Sequence record: NC_054906.1
Direction: 5' to 3' (one strand)
Length of the DNA stretch: 64,000 nucleotides
Origin: Enterobacteria phage RB18
Both the position numbers and the translations under genes were made by a program. Positions within the stretch are counted from its first letter, which is position 1, and every line of letters begins with the position of its first letter. Below the pieces are notes generated by a model. It was not told where the DNA came from. It saw only the letters and a list, made by a program, of their open reading frames with translations, and did not search any database. Positions 38,067 through 48,005 of this stretch are shown piece after piece.

Positions 38067-39632
38067 ATGACTATCAAAACTAAAGCTGAACTTTTGAACA
38101 AATGGAAGCCATTACTGGAAGGTGAAGGTTTACCGGAAATTGCTAATAGCAAACAAGCGATTATCGCTAAAATCTTTGAAAACCAGGAAAAAGATTTCCA
38201 GACAGCTCCGGAATATAAAGACGAAAAAATTGCTCAGGCATTCGGTTCTTTCTTAACAGAAGCTGAAATCGGCGGTGACCACGGTTACAATGCTACTAAC
38301 ATCGCTGCAGGTCAGACTTCTGGCGCAGTAACTCAGATTGGCCCAGCTGTTATGGGTATGGTACGTCGTGCTATTCCTAACCTGATTGCTTTCGATATTT
38401 GTGGTGTTCAGCCGATGAACAGCCCGACTGGCCAGGTATTCGCACTGCGTGCAGTATATGGTAAAGATCCAATCGCTTCCGGTGCTAAAGAAGCATTCCA
38501 CCCAATGTATGGTCCAGATGCAATGTTCTCTGGTCAGGGTGCTGCTAAGAAATTCCCAGCTCTTGCTGCTAGCACACAAACCGTTGTAGGTGATATCTAT
38601 ACTCACTTCTTCCAGGAAACTGGTACTGTGTATCTGCAAGCTTCCGCTGTAGTAACAATCGATGCTGGTGCGACTGATGCTGCTAAATTAGATGCCGAAG
38701 TTAAGAAACAAATGGAAGCTGGTGTACTGGTAGAAATCGCTGAAGGCATGGCTACTTCTATCGCTGAACTTCAGGAAGGTTTCAACGGTTCTACCGATAA
38801 CCCATGGAATGAAATGGGCTTCCGTATCGATAAACAAGTTATCGAAGCTAAATCTCGTCAGCTGAAAGCTGCTTACTCTATCGAATTAGCACAGGACCTC
38901 CGCGCTGTTCACGGTATGGATGCTGATGCTGAACTGTCTGGTATTCTGGCTACAGAAATTATGCTGGAAATCAACCGCGAAGTTGTTGATTGGATTAACT
39001 ACTCAGCTCAGGTTGGTAAATCTGGTATGACCCTGACTCCGGGTTCTAAAGCTGGTGTATTTGACTTCCAGGATCCGATTGATATTCGTGGTGCTCGCTG
39101 GGCAGGTGAATCCTTTAAAGCTCTGTTGTTCCAGATTGACAAAGAAGCAGTTGAAATTGCTCGTCAGACCGGTCGTGGTGAAGGTAACTTCATTATCGCT
39201 TCCCGTAACGTAGTTAACGTTCTGGCTTCAGTTGATACCGGCATTTCTTATGCTGCACAGGGTCTGGCTACCGGCTTTAACACTGATACTACCAAGTCAG
39301 TATTTGCTGGTGTTCTGGGTGGTAAATACCGTGTATATATCGACCAGTATGCTAAACAGGATTATTTCACTGTAGGTTATAAAGGTCCGAACGAAATGGA
39401 TGCTGGTATTTACTATGCTCCATATGTAGCTCTGACTCCGCTGCGTGGTTCCGATCCGAAGAACTTCCAACCGGTAATGGGATTCAAAACTCGTTACGGT
39501 ATCGGTATCAACCCATTTGCAGAATCCGCTGCTCAGGCTCCGGCTTCTCGCATCCAGAGCGGTATGCCTTCTATTCTGAATAGCCTTGGTAAAAACGCTT
39601 ACTTTAGACGTGTATATGTTAAAGGTATCTAA
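38067..39632 (+). CDS. 23: gp23 major capsid protein (521 aa)
   Basis: Size and order match T4 gp23; strongly biased codon usage typical of a highly expressed gene. Confidence 0.97.
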   Translation: MTIKTKAELLNKWKPLLEGEGLPEIANSKQAIIAKIFENQEKDFQTAPEYKDEKIAQAFGSFLTEAEIGGDHGYNATNIAAGQTSGAVTQIGPAVMGMVRRAIPNLIAFDICGVQPMNSPTGQVFALRAVYGKDPIASGAKEAFHPMYGPDAMFSGQGAAKKFPALAASTQTVVGDIYTHFFQETGTVYLQASAVVTIDAGATDAAKLDAEVKKQMEAGVLVEIAEGMATSIAELQEGFNGSTDNPWNEMGFRIDKQVIEAKSRQLKAAYSIELAQDLRAVHGMDADAELSGILATEIMLEINREVVDWINYSAQVGKSGMTLTPGSKAGVFDFQDPIDIRGARWAGESFKALLFQIDKEAVEIARQTGRGEGNFIIASRNVVNVLASVDTGISYAAQGLATGFNTDTTKSVFAGVLGGKYRVYIDQYAKQDYFTVGYKGPNEMDAGIYYAPYVALTPLRGSDPKNFQPVMGFKTRYGIGINPFAESAAQAPASRIQSGMPSILNSLGKNAYFRRVYVKGI

Positions 39633-39658
39633 TCTCTAACGATAGAAACACAATTTTA

Positions 39659-39688
39659 GGGAACCTTCGGGTTCCCTTTTTCTATTTT
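39659..39688 (+). terminator. rho-independent terminator after gene 23
   Basis: Hairpin GGGAACCTTCGGGTTCCC followed by TTTTTCTATTTT; lies between convergent genes 23 and segD. Confidence 0.75.
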
Positions 39689-40353
39689 ATACGATAGCAA
39701 TCAGGCATATCATCCGCATTTATCCAATTGCGAATAGTTTTAGGACTAACTTTAAAATGCTCCGCTGCGTAATCAGGATTATCAAATTTAACGCCCTTTA
39801 TACATATTGGAATAAATTTTTTAATACCACCAAGTTTTTCAGAAATAGCTTTACGATGTGAAATCGATATAGGTTTATTTTTTCGTGGATGAACATGTGT
39901 TTTATAATATTCATTGCGCCCTTTAACTCGCTTCGCAATAGTTTCATCAGATTGCTTAACGCCTGTTTTTGCCTTTGATATTTTTCGTTTAGCTTCCACA
40001 GTCATTCCTTCTTTTGTTCGTATTGATAACATATTACGATATGAAGGATCTTGCAAATGAACTATAACTGGATTTCCTCTGCCACCAATAGCAGCATTAT
40101 AGGTATCAGTTCTCATAACGAATTCCTCATTGACTAGTAAAGCTTCCATTTTATACATCTCCTCAGATGAGGAGAAAGAATAAAGAATTTCTTTTTTAAA
40201 GTTATGAATACCATATTTTTTGATGGATTTTTTGATGTTTACGCCAGAACCCATATAACCATCGTTTTCGTCAAGAGTAGCATGAGCTCCGATGTAAATT
40301 TTTCCATTGATGATATTAGTAATTTGATATATTAAATATTTCATTTTAAACAT
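39682..40353 (-). CDS. segD: GIY-YIG homing endonuclease SegD-like (223 aa)
   Basis: GIY-YIG signature YLIYQITNIINGKIYIGAHA...GYMGSG; basic C-terminus; inserted on the opposite strand between genes 23 and 24; start set at the ATG with GGAG Shine-Dalgarno (track ORF extends to 40383). Confidence 0.85.
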   Translation of the reverse strand: MFKMKYLIYQITNIINGKIYIGAHATLDENDGYMGSGVNIKKSIKKYGIHNFKKEILYSFSSSEEMYKMEALLVNEEFVMRTDTYNAAIGGRGNPVIVHLQDPSYRNMLSIRTKEGMTVEAKRKISKAKTGVKQSDETIAKRVKGRNEYYKTHVHPRKNKPISISHRKAISEKLGGIKKFIPICIKGVKFDNPDYAAEHFKVSPKTIRNWINADDMPDCYRIK

Positions 40354-40408
40354 CGCTCCGTTTGTATATGAATATAATATCATATTACTTTGGTCTTGTA
40401 AATAACTT

Positions 40409-40416
40409 TATAAATA
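40409..40416 (+). promoter_or_regulatory. late promoter TATAAATA for gene 24
   Basis: Exact TATAAATA 28 nt upstream of the gene 24 ATG. Confidence 0.6.
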
Positions 40417-40443
40417 GTATTATATTTCAACAAGGAAAATACA

Positions 40444-41727
40444 ATGGCTAAAATCAACGAACTTCTGCGCGAATCAACCACAACGAATAGCAACTCAATC
40501 GGTCGCCCAAATCTCGTTGCTTTGACTCGCGCTACCACTAAATTAATATATTCTGACATTGTAGCAACGCAAAGAACTAATCAACCTGTTGCTGCTTTTT
40601 ATGGTATCAAATACCTTAACCCAGACAATGAATTTACATTTAAAACTGGTGCTACTTACGCTGGCGAAGCTGGATATGTAGACCGAGAACAAATCACAGA
40701 ATTAACAGAAGAGTCTAAATTAACTCTCAATAAAGGCGATTTATTCAAATATAATAATATCGTTTATAAAGTATTAGAAGATACTCCATTTGCTGATATT
40801 GAAGAAAGCGACTTAGAGTTAGCTCTTCAGATTGCAATTGTTCTTTTAAAGGTTCGTCTATTTTCTGACGCAGCGTCAACAAGCAAATTTGAAAGCTCTG
40901 ATAGTGAAATTGCGGATGCTAGATTCCAGATTAATAAATGGCAAACCGCAGTTAAATCTCGTAAACTTAAAACTGGCATCACAGTTGAATTAGCACAAGA
41001 TTTAGAAGCAAATGGATTCGATGCTCCTAATTTCTTGGAAGATTTGCTTGCAACTGAAATGGCAGATGAAATCAATAAAGATATTCTGCAGTCTTTGATT
41101 ACAGTGTCAAAACGCTATAAAGTTACAGGAATTACTGATAGTGGATTCATCGATTTGAGTTATGCATCTGCTCCTGAAGCTGGTCGTTCATTATACCGAA
41201 TGGTATGTGAAATGGTTTCGCATATCCAAAAAGAATCAACTTATACAGCAACGTTCTGTGTTGCTTCAGCTCGTGCTGCTGCGATTCTTGCTGCATCAGG
41301 TTGGTTAAAACATAAACCAGAAGATGACAAATATCTTTCACAAAATGCCTATGGGTTCTTAGCTAATGGTTTACCGCTTTATTGCGATACTAACAGCCCA
41401 TTAGATTATGTAATCGTTGGCGTAGTAGAAAATATCGGTGAAAAAGAAATTGTTGGATCAATTTTCTATGCTCCGTATACAGAAGGTCTCGACTTAGATG
41501 ACCCTGAACATGTGGGTGCATTTAAAGTTGTTGTTGATCCAGAAAGCTTACAACCGTCTATCGGTTTATTAGTTAGATATGCTTTATCAGCAAATCCTTA
41601 TACCGTAGCAAAAGATGAAAAAGAAGCAAGAATAATTGACGGTGGAGACATGGATAAAATGGCGGGTCGTTCAGATTTGTCTGTTTTATTAGGTGTTAAA
41701 TTACCAAAAATTATTATTGATGAATAA
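40444..41727 (+). CDS. 24: gp24 capsid vertex protein (427 aa)
   Basis: Size and order match T4 gp24. Confidence 0.95.
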   Translation: MAKINELLRESTTTNSNSIGRPNLVALTRATTKLIYSDIVATQRTNQPVAAFYGIKYLNPDNEFTFKTGATYAGEAGYVDREQITELTEESKLTLNKGDLFKYNNIVYKVLEDTPFADIEESDLELALQIAIVLLKVRLFSDAASTSKFESSDSEIADARFQINKWQTAVKSRKLKTGITVELAQDLEANGFDAPNFLEDLLATEMADEINKDILQSLITVSKRYKVTGITDSGFIDLSYASAPEAGRSLYRMVCEMVSHIQKESTYTATFCVASARAAAILAASGWLKHKPEDDKYLSQNAYGFLANGLPLYCDTNSPLDYVIVGVVENIGEKEIVGSIFYAPYTEGLDLDDPEHVGAFKVVVDPESLQPSIGLLVRYALSANPYTVAKDEKEARIIDGGDMDKMAGRSDLSVLLGVKLPKIIIDE

Positions 41728-41733
41728 AGCAAA

Positions 41734-41757
41734 GGGACCTTTCGGTCCCTTTTTATT
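41734..41757. terminator. bidirectional hairpin terminator between convergent genes 24 and rnlB
   Basis: Hairpin GGGACCTTTCGGTCCC followed by TTTTTATTT on plus and a T-rich tract on minus. Confidence 0.7.
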
Positions 41758-42761
41758 TAGCTCACCAACTCAATCCAAGCTGGACGAAGTACATCTTGTA
41801 CCATTTTAACTAATTCCTTCTTAATCAAAGAAGGATTATCCGCTTGAGTTAGAGTAATACCTTCACGAGAAGTTTCTTCCAAAATATCTTGAACAGTTAG
41901 CCCCATCACCTTTCCAAAATCCTTTGGACCAATTTCACCAATTTTAGAAATAACGTTATTTACTCGGTTTAGTGTAACGTAACAAGCTAAAATCCCCACC
42001 AATTTGTTATCAGCTTCTGACAGTTCAACTTTAGCTTTAATAGGCTTATCAGACTTTTTCTTTTCACTAAATTTGGAATTCTTGCATTTAATCGCTACAC
42101 GATTGCGATTAGGCAGCCAAGAAGGATAACAAGGTTTCAATACATATCCTTCAGCGGTAAATACTTCGCCTTTTGCTTCGGCATTCCAAACGCATTTATT
42201 TGCATCAACTAATCCAGCATGGTCTACTGTAAAATTATAATCTTGGACAACAGAATCTAAATCATTTGGCAATTTAATAAGCTCTTCAAATTTACCGCGA
42301 CCTAAAAGTGGAGCCATTTTAAATTTAAATGTATTGCAGAATGATTCCATCATATAATCGTCGACATAAGTCACATCGCCACTTTCTGTAGTGACAATAA
42401 TGTCAAATACATAAAAATCTTTATCACCATAATCGACATTCTTCTGAATGCCAGGTCCAGCGAATTCGCCAAAGACTTGATAAGATACAACCGCTGAGGT
42501 TTCCATAATATCTTGTACTGCTTTAATGGAATCAGCGTAATTCTTTAAAATAATTTCATACCCAAAGAAATCTTCAGCAGGAAGAATCGGTCCAGTACGT
42601 TTAGCGCAAGTTACTTTATCACGCTCAATAATCAATGAGAAATTTGTGCCGTGAATCTTTTCACGAGCTACCCATTCGCCGCCAGTCAATCCTAAGCTAT
42701 AAAGTTTTTCAATAAATTTAGAGTTGTAATGATTTTCAAGACTGCTATACTTTTTAAACAT
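41757..42761 (-). CDS. rnlB: RNA ligase 2 (Rnl2 family, 334 aa)
   Basis: Nucleotidyltransferase motif I KIHGTN near N-terminus; size equals T4 Rnl2. Confidence 0.95.
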   Translation of the reverse strand: MFKKYSSLENHYNSKFIEKLYSLGLTGGEWVAREKIHGTNFSLIIERDKVTCAKRTGPILPAEDFFGYEIILKNYADSIKAVQDIMETSAVVSYQVFGEFAGPGIQKNVDYGDKDFYVFDIIVTTESGDVTYVDDYMMESFCNTFKFKMAPLLGRGKFEELIKLPNDLDSVVQDYNFTVDHAGLVDANKCVWNAEAKGEVFTAEGYVLKPCYPSWLPNRNRVAIKCKNSKFSEKKKSDKPIKAKVELSEADNKLVGILACYVTLNRVNNVISKIGEIGPKDFGKVMGLTVQDILEETSREGITLTQADNPSLIKKELVKMVQDVLRPAWIELVS

Positions 42762-42770
42762 AATTAATCC

Positions 42771-43049
42771 TCAAAATGTAATTTCTAACCAATCACCATC
42801 ACGCTGATCACTATTAACTTTAAAGCTGAATCCTTCTTTTCTCAGCCAATCACCAATTTCTTCAGTAATCAATTTATCACGAGCAATACAATAATAATTA
42901 AAATGTGTTTTACCTTGTTCAGCTGCTTTATTAGCAAGTTCCGAAAAATCTTTAATAAAACACTCTAGCTTAAACTGTTTACTTTTAAGTGCTTTTTCGC
43001 GCAATTGATTAGCAAAAGATTCATTTTCATAAAGATCATACTGTTCCAT
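42771..43049 (-). CDS. hypothetical protein (92 aa), T4 24.2 position
   Basis: ORF in the rnlB-hoc interval. Confidence 0.6.
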   Translation of the reverse strand: MEQYDLYENESFANQLREKALKSKQFKLECFIKDFSELANKAAEQGKTHFNYYCIARDKLITEEIGDWLRKEGFSFKVNSDQRDGDWLEITF

Positions 43050-43251
43050 TTTTCACCTTTTTATTGATATGTCTTTTTCTATAGACAACTTTTTCTCGAG
43101 TTTCAAATTTATTCTTAGCAGTCATAGCTCGAGCCCATAATACAGCCACTTCTTTTGCCTGTAAGTTTAATTCACGAGCAATTTCAATGAATGGCTTTCC
43201 AGACTCATGAAGAGTAAACACCACAACCTCAGTTCTCATAATCAATCTCAT
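43036..43251 (-). CDS. hypothetical protein (71 aa), T4 24.3 position
   Basis: ORF overlapping the downstream gene by 14 nt. Confidence 0.55.
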   Translation of the reverse strand: MRLIMRTEVVVFTLHESGKPFIEIARELNLQAKEVAVLWARAMTAKNKFETREKVVYRKRHINKKVKNGTV

Positions 43252-43308
43252 GTTATCGAGTTGGTGCCATTATATACATCATTTTCTGATTGTGTTTTGT
43301 GTGCTTTC

Positions 43309-43334
43309 AAAATGAAGAAAGGGGCCGAAGCCCC
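43309..43334 (-). terminator. rho-independent terminator (minus strand) after hoc
   Basis: Minus-strand GGGGCTTCGGCCCC followed by TTTCTTCATTTT. Confidence 0.65.
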
Positions 43335-43339
43335 TATGA

Positions 43340-44470
43340 TTATGGATAGGTATAGATGATACCAGTTTCTAAAGCAGTTTTATGAATGATGTATCCATTA
43401 CGCGATTCTTGGACATCAACTTCTGGATAGTCTTTCATCATCTTCTGAAGAGTGTAACGATGCAAGTAGTACTTACTATCTGGATCGTCAGTTTTCCAAT
43501 CTTTACCTTCTTCGGTCATTTTTTGGATTTCATCCATAACCCACCAACCGCACCAGATGTAAGCTGAAGTACGATGTGGAAGAGGATGAACATAAGGTAA
43601 TTCACCTTCTGGTTCTGGAGCAACTTTATCAGTTACCTGAACTTGACCTTCTGCTGTAATAGTTTTGCTATCATAATCAGTAGCAGTAACAATTGCAGTA
43701 ACTTCAATAGTTTGACTTCCAATAGATGAGGTATCAACGGTATATACATTAGTTGACCCTTCTACAGGAGAAGAATCTTTCTTCCATGAATACTCAATTT
43801 GCGCTTCTTCTGGAGCATCAGTGACATTAGCGGTAAATGTAGCCGAAGCATCTTGCTGAACGTTAATAGAAGGAGGAGTCAATGTAACCTGTGGATTCAT
43901 TGTCTTCTTATTAACTGTTAATGATACTTCATTAGAAGTAACTTCCTTTGCATCATAATCTGCCGCGGTTACTTGAGCCACACACTTAATTCTTTTTACT
44001 CCGCTTTCGGCAGGAGTGTAATTGAACGTAGCGTTAGTTGCTTCGCCCACAGGAGAATCATCTACATACCATTGATAAGTAGCGTTTGCGCCCGCTGGCT
44101 GCGAAGCTAAAGCGGCAGTAAATTCAACAGCTGTTCCGATTACTCCAGCAGCAGGGCTATCAGGAGTTACAGCCAATGTAGTCGTCTGTGTCTTATTTTG
44201 AACTGTGATAGTTGTAGTAGCTTCTGCTGTTTCAGCTTCAGCTTCTGGAACTGTATTTGTTGCAACTACTTTAATAGTCTTTTGTCCAGCAGGTCCTTTT
44301 AATACATAATCAAAAGTTTCTTCAGCTCCATCTTGTGGAACATTATCTACAGTCCAAGCATATGTAATAGGTCCATCTCCAGTTTGACCACTGGGTGTAG
44401 CAGTAAACTGCTTGGTTTCATCAATAACCCCTGTCGGTGTTTTAGGAGTTATATCAACTGTAAAAGCCAT
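43340..44470 (-). CDS. hoc: Hoc, highly immunogenic outer capsid protein with tandem Ig-like domains (376 aa)
   Basis: Repeated Thr/Val-rich beta-strand modules (internal repeats such as VTA.DYD.K); size equals T4 Hoc. Confidence 0.92.
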   Translation of the reverse strand: MAFTVDITPKTPTGVIDETKQFTATPSGQTGDGPITYAWTVDNVPQDGAEETFDYVLKGPAGQKTIKVVATNTVPEAEAETAEATTTITVQNKTQTTTLAVTPDSPAAGVIGTAVEFTAALASQPAGANATYQWYVDDSPVGEATNATFNYTPAESGVKRIKCVAQVTAADYDAKEVTSNEVSLTVNKKTMNPQVTLTPPSINVQQDASATFTANVTDAPEEAQIEYSWKKDSSPVEGSTNVYTVDTSSIGSQTIEVTAIVTATDYDSKTITAEGQVQVTDKVAPEPEGELPYVHPLPHRTSAYIWCGWWVMDEIQKMTEEGKDWKTDDPDSKYYLHRYTLQKMMKDYPEVDVQESRNGYIIHKTALETGIIYTYP

Positions 44471-44479
44471 AAGTTATCC

Positions 44480-45160
44480 TTATTTTAATGTTACGAAAGA
44501 AGAATTGCGTGTTTCACGAATTAAAACTGATCCGTCACGGTTAATGTAATAAATTAAGCTAAATAAAGTTTGGTGTGCTGACGCATGCTCAAAACTTGTT
44601 GGGTGAGATTTCCAATCCGGAGTTTCAGCAATCCATTGATAAATCCACCAAGGAACAGTACAGAATCCTGGATTTTTTCCAATCAACTGAAGATTCGGGC
44701 TAAAGTTTTCCGGAAGAGTAAATACAGACGGCTTTTCAGATTCAATAATCTCAGCTACAGCCTGTTCAAATTTTTCTTCAACAAAAGGAGTATCTTCAAT
44801 CAAAACATCGGTATTTTCAGGAATTTTATCCGTTTCTACTACTTCAATTTTAATGTCAGATTTAACCGGAGAATCAATCAAAAGTGCTGCTTCTGGATTG
44901 ACTTCTTCATCGTCATATTTTAATCCCTCTGCAGCATCAGCAGCATCAATTAAGTCTTTAATAGATAACCCATCAGTCTCTGGCATAGGTTCACTAGCGA
45001 GCTTCTGGAGGGCTTCTTCAATATCAACAACGATATTATCAAAAGATTTATTCTTTTTGACCTTTATACCAAACTGTTCAGCATATTCAGCTAATTTAGC
45101 TTTAGCTTCTTTGTTATCATCAAGAGCCTTCAGCTCTGCAATATAATCTTTATCTATCAT
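44480..45160 (-). CDS. inh: Inh-like protein, inhibitor of prohead protease (226 aa)
   Basis: Size and position match T4 inh between hoc and uvsW. Confidence 0.8.
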   Translation of the reverse strand: MIDKDYIAELKALDDNKEAKAKLAEYAEQFGIKVKKNKSFDNIVVDIEEALQKLASEPMPETDGLSIKDLIDAADAAEGLKYDDEEVNPEAALLIDSPVKSDIKIEVVETDKIPENTDVLIEDTPFVEEKFEQAVAEIIESEKPSVFTLPENFSPNLQLIGKNPGFCTVPWWIYQWIAETPDWKSHPTSFEHASAHQTLFSLIYYINRDGSVLIRETRNSSFVTLK

Positions 45161-45173
45161 AATATTTCCTCAG

Positions 45174-45181
45174 TATAAATA
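45174..45181 (+). promoter_or_regulatory. late promoter TATAAATA upstream of uvsW
   Basis: Exact TATAAATA 30 nt upstream of the uvsW ATG. Confidence 0.55.
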
Positions 45182-45210
45182 TAGATATATTTATTACATG
45201 GTATTTAGAC

Positions 45211-46722
45211 ATGACTGACATTAAAGTACATTTTTATGATTTTAGTCACGTGAGAATTGATTGTGAAGAAAGTACATTTCATGAACTCCGTGATTTCTTT
45301 AGCTTTGAAGCTGATGGGTATCGTTTTAATCCGAAATACAAATATGGCCACTGGGATGGACGAATCCGTCTTTTAGATTATAATCGTCTTCTTCCATTCG
45401 GCTTAGTCGGGCAAATTAAAAAGTTCTGTGATAACTTTGGCTATAAAGCCTGGATTGACCCACAAATTAACGAAAAAGAAGAATTATCAAGAAAAGATTT
45501 TGATGAATGGCTTTCTAAATTAGAAATCTATTCAGGAAATAAAAGAATTGAACCACACTGGTATCAAAAAGATGCAGTGTTCGAAGGATTAGTTAATCGT
45601 CGTAGAATTCTTAATCTTCCAACATCCGCTGGTAAATCGTTAATTCAAGCTTTGCTTGCGCGATATTATTTGGAAAATTATGAAGGTAAAATTCTTATCA
45701 TTGTTCCAACAACTGCTTTAACAACTCAGATGGCTGATGACTTCGTTGACTATCGTTTATTCAGTCATGCAATGATAAAGAAAATTGGTGGCGGAGCATC
45801 AAAAGATGATAAATATAAAAATGATGCACCAGTTGTTGTTGGTACATGGCAAACTGTAGTAAAACAACCAAAAGAATGGTTCTCACAGTTTGGAATGATG
45901 ATGAATGATGAATGCCATCTTGCTACAGGAAAAAGTATTTCATCTATCATATCAGGTTTAAATAACTGCATGTTCAAATTCGGTTTGTCTGGTTCATTAC
46001 GTGATGGCAAAGCCAATATCATGCAGTATGTTGGAATGTTTGGTGAAATATTTAAGCCAGTAACGACTTCTAAATTAATGGAAGATGGACAAGTAACTGA
46101 GCTAAAAATTAATAGTATTTTTCTTCGCTATCCCGATGAGTTCACTACTAAATTAAAGGGAAAAACTTATCAAGAAGAAATAAAAATTATTACTGGGCTT
46201 AGTAAAAGAAATAAATGGATCGCTAAATTAGCTATTAAGCTTGCGCAAAAAGATGAAAACGCTTTTGTCATGTTTAAACATGTATCACATGGTAAAGCTA
46301 TTTTCGATTTAATTAAAAATGAATACGATAAAGTTTATTACGTATCAGGGGAAGTTGATACCGAAACCCGCAATATAATGAAAACCTTAGCTGAAAATGG
46401 TAAAGGAATAATTATAGTAGCTAGTTATGGTGTATTTTCTACTGGTATTTCAGTTAAAAATCTGCATCACGTTGTTTTAGCGCACGGTGTTAAATCAAAA
46501 ATCATTGTATTACAAACAATCGGTCGTGTATTACGTAAGCATGGTTCTAAGACAATAGCAACCGTCTGGGACCTCATAGATGATTGTGGCGTTAAGCCAA
46601 AATCTGCTAATACGAAAAAGAAATATGTTCATTTGAACTATCTTTTAAAACACGGCATTGATCGTATTCAGCGCTACGCAGATGAAAAATTTAATTACGT
46701 AATGAAAACAGTTAATTTATAA
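45211..46722 (+). CDS. uvsW: UvsW, SF2 DNA/RNA helicase for recombination and repair (503 aa)
   Basis: Walker A PTSAGKS; DExH box MNDECH; size equals T4 UvsW. Confidence 0.95.
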   Translation: MTDIKVHFYDFSHVRIDCEESTFHELRDFFSFEADGYRFNPKYKYGHWDGRIRLLDYNRLLPFGLVGQIKKFCDNFGYKAWIDPQINEKEELSRKDFDEWLSKLEIYSGNKRIEPHWYQKDAVFEGLVNRRRILNLPTSAGKSLIQALLARYYLENYEGKILIIVPTTALTTQMADDFVDYRLFSHAMIKKIGGGASKDDKYKNDAPVVVGTWQTVVKQPKEWFSQFGMMMNDECHLATGKSISSIISGLNNCMFKFGLSGSLRDGKANIMQYVGMFGEIFKPVTTSKLMEDGQVTELKINSIFLRYPDEFTTKLKGKTYQEEIKIITGLSKRNKWIAKLAIKLAQKDENAFVMFKHVSHGKAIFDLIKNEYDKVYYVSGEVDTETRNIMKTLAENGKGIIIVASYGVFSTGISVKNLHHVVLAHGVKSKIIVLQTIGRVLRKHGSKTIATVWDLIDDCGVKPKSANTKKKYVHLNYLLKHGIDRIQRYADEKFNYVMKTVNL

Positions 46723-46747
46723 GGGCTTCGGCCCTTTGGAGAAAAAG

Positions 46748-46978
46748 ATGTTACTAGAATTTAAACAATTTCTTTATGAAGCTTCTATTGATGAATTTAT
46801 GGGTAAAATTGCCTCTTGTCAAACATTAGAAGGTCTAGAAGAACTTGAAGCTTATTATAAGAAAAGAGTCAAAGAAACTGAATTAAAAGATACTGATGAC
46901 ATCTCAGTCAGAGATGCTTTGGCAGGAAAAAGAGCTGAATTAGAAGATTCAGACGATGAAGTAGAAGAAAGCTTTTAA
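46748..46978 (+). CDS. uvsW.1: UvsW.1 small acidic protein (76 aa)
   Basis: ATG at 46748 with GGAG Shine-Dalgarno (track ORF begins at a TTG); stem-loop GGGCTTCGGCCC separates it from uvsW. Confidence 0.8.
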   Translation: MLLEFKQFLYEASIDEFMGKIASCQTLEGLEELEAYYKKRVKETELKDTDDISVRDALAGKRAELEDSDDEVEESF

Positions 46979-47033
46979 ATTAAAAAAGGCCCAACCAAAA
47001 AGGAAGGGCCAAAACTATAGACTAAAGGTCACA

Positions 47034-47201
47034 CTATAGCAAAAGTTGTGTTTCATTTAATTGTTCTTCCGAACTTTCTGAAACTGGTAGTTCTTTAATG
47101 TAATTATAGCAAGGCCCAGGATGTACAGGACCTTTGTCTGTTTCAACAACCAATGCAGAATCGATTGGAGTTTTACAGACAACACAAATCTTATCTGACA
47201 T
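47034..47201 (-). CDS. small hypothetical protein (55 aa; MSDKICVVCKTPIDS...), not in the ORF track
   Basis: ATG with GGAG Shine-Dalgarno on minus strand; CxxC pair near N-terminus; fills the uvsW.1-uvsY interval. Confidence 0.45.
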   Translation of the reverse strand: MSDKICVVCKTPIDSALVVETDKGPVHPGPCYNYIKELPVSESSEEQLNETQLLL

Positions 47202-47324
47202 GATTGTCTCCTCTGAATTATATATCTATTTATAACCCCATCTTAAAGCGCATTTCTTGTACACGCTTTAAACATGCTTCCATTTCTGCTAAAAGTCTAA
47301 ATACTTCTTTATAATTTGTCATAT

Positions 47325-47552
47325 TTACCCCATATCTCTCATATGCATATCAATGCCCATATCTTTAGAATAAAAATATTCATCAAGATATCCGGCAAAT
47401 TTTCCTTTAATATAAAGGACATCTTCACCACACGGGTGGTCGGCCAGAATACGAATATCCTGACGCTTAAGATTATGCTTTTTCATTAAGAATTGAATCT
47501 CAGTTTCAAATTCTTCTTCATAATTAAAAGCATCATCAATGCTATATCTCAT
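47325..47552 (-). CDS. hypothetical protein (75 aa) downstream of uvsY
   Basis: ORF with ATGA-type overlap with the uvsY stop. Confidence 0.6.
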   Translation of the reverse strand: MRYSIDDAFNYEEEFETEIQFLMKKHNLKRQDIRILADHPCGEDVLYIKGKFAGYLDEYFYSKDMGIDMHMRDMG

Positions 47553-47965
47553 TATTTTCCAGCCTCAAATGCTCGCATGTCTTGAATATGCTTAATAGCA
47601 AATCCGCGTGATTTGATAGCATCAAGAGCTCCGCTACAGAAATCTAATAAAATTCCCCAATATTGTAATGAAGTATCAACCTTTAAAACATCCTTATCAG
47701 CTGATAGAACTGTCTTCATTTCTGATTTCTCGTAACGATCCATACTAAATTCATCACCATCTCCTCGTCCCGAGTAGTAGTCTAATTTAGCTTTAAGAGC
47801 AACTTTTTTCTGTGCATCAATTCTAAGCATTTCCTTTTTAATACTTGAATGCTTATTAAGCCATTTACTATATAACATCACATTATTAGCTGCTTCATAC
47901 TGTAATTTAGTCGAATCTATAAACACATCTTTCTTCAATTCTTCTTGAAGATCTTCTAATCTCAT
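47552..47965 (-). CDS. uvsY: UvsY recombination mediator protein (137 aa)
   Basis: Size and position match T4 UvsY; MotA-box-type middle promoter upstream. Confidence 0.92.
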   Translation of the reverse strand: MRLEDLQEELKKDVFIDSTKLQYEAANNVMLYSKWLNKHSSIKKEMLRIDAQKKVALKAKLDYYSGRGDGDEFSMDRYEKSEMKTVLSADKDVLKVDTSLQYWGILLDFCSGALDAIKSRGFAIKHIQDMRAFEAGK

Positions 47966-48005
47966 ATTGTTCTCTATTCAATTGTTATTGGATGGACTTA
48001 GATTC

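Noticed and set aside
44585-45146. Two plus-strand ORFs (44585..44923 and 44853..45146)
   Set aside because: Both lie entirely within the minus-strand inh gene and carry no independent signals.
46983-47010. Possible terminator GGCCC...GGGCC after uvsW.1
   Set aside because: Stem arms are separated by a 13-nt A-rich loop and there is no T-run; too weak to call.
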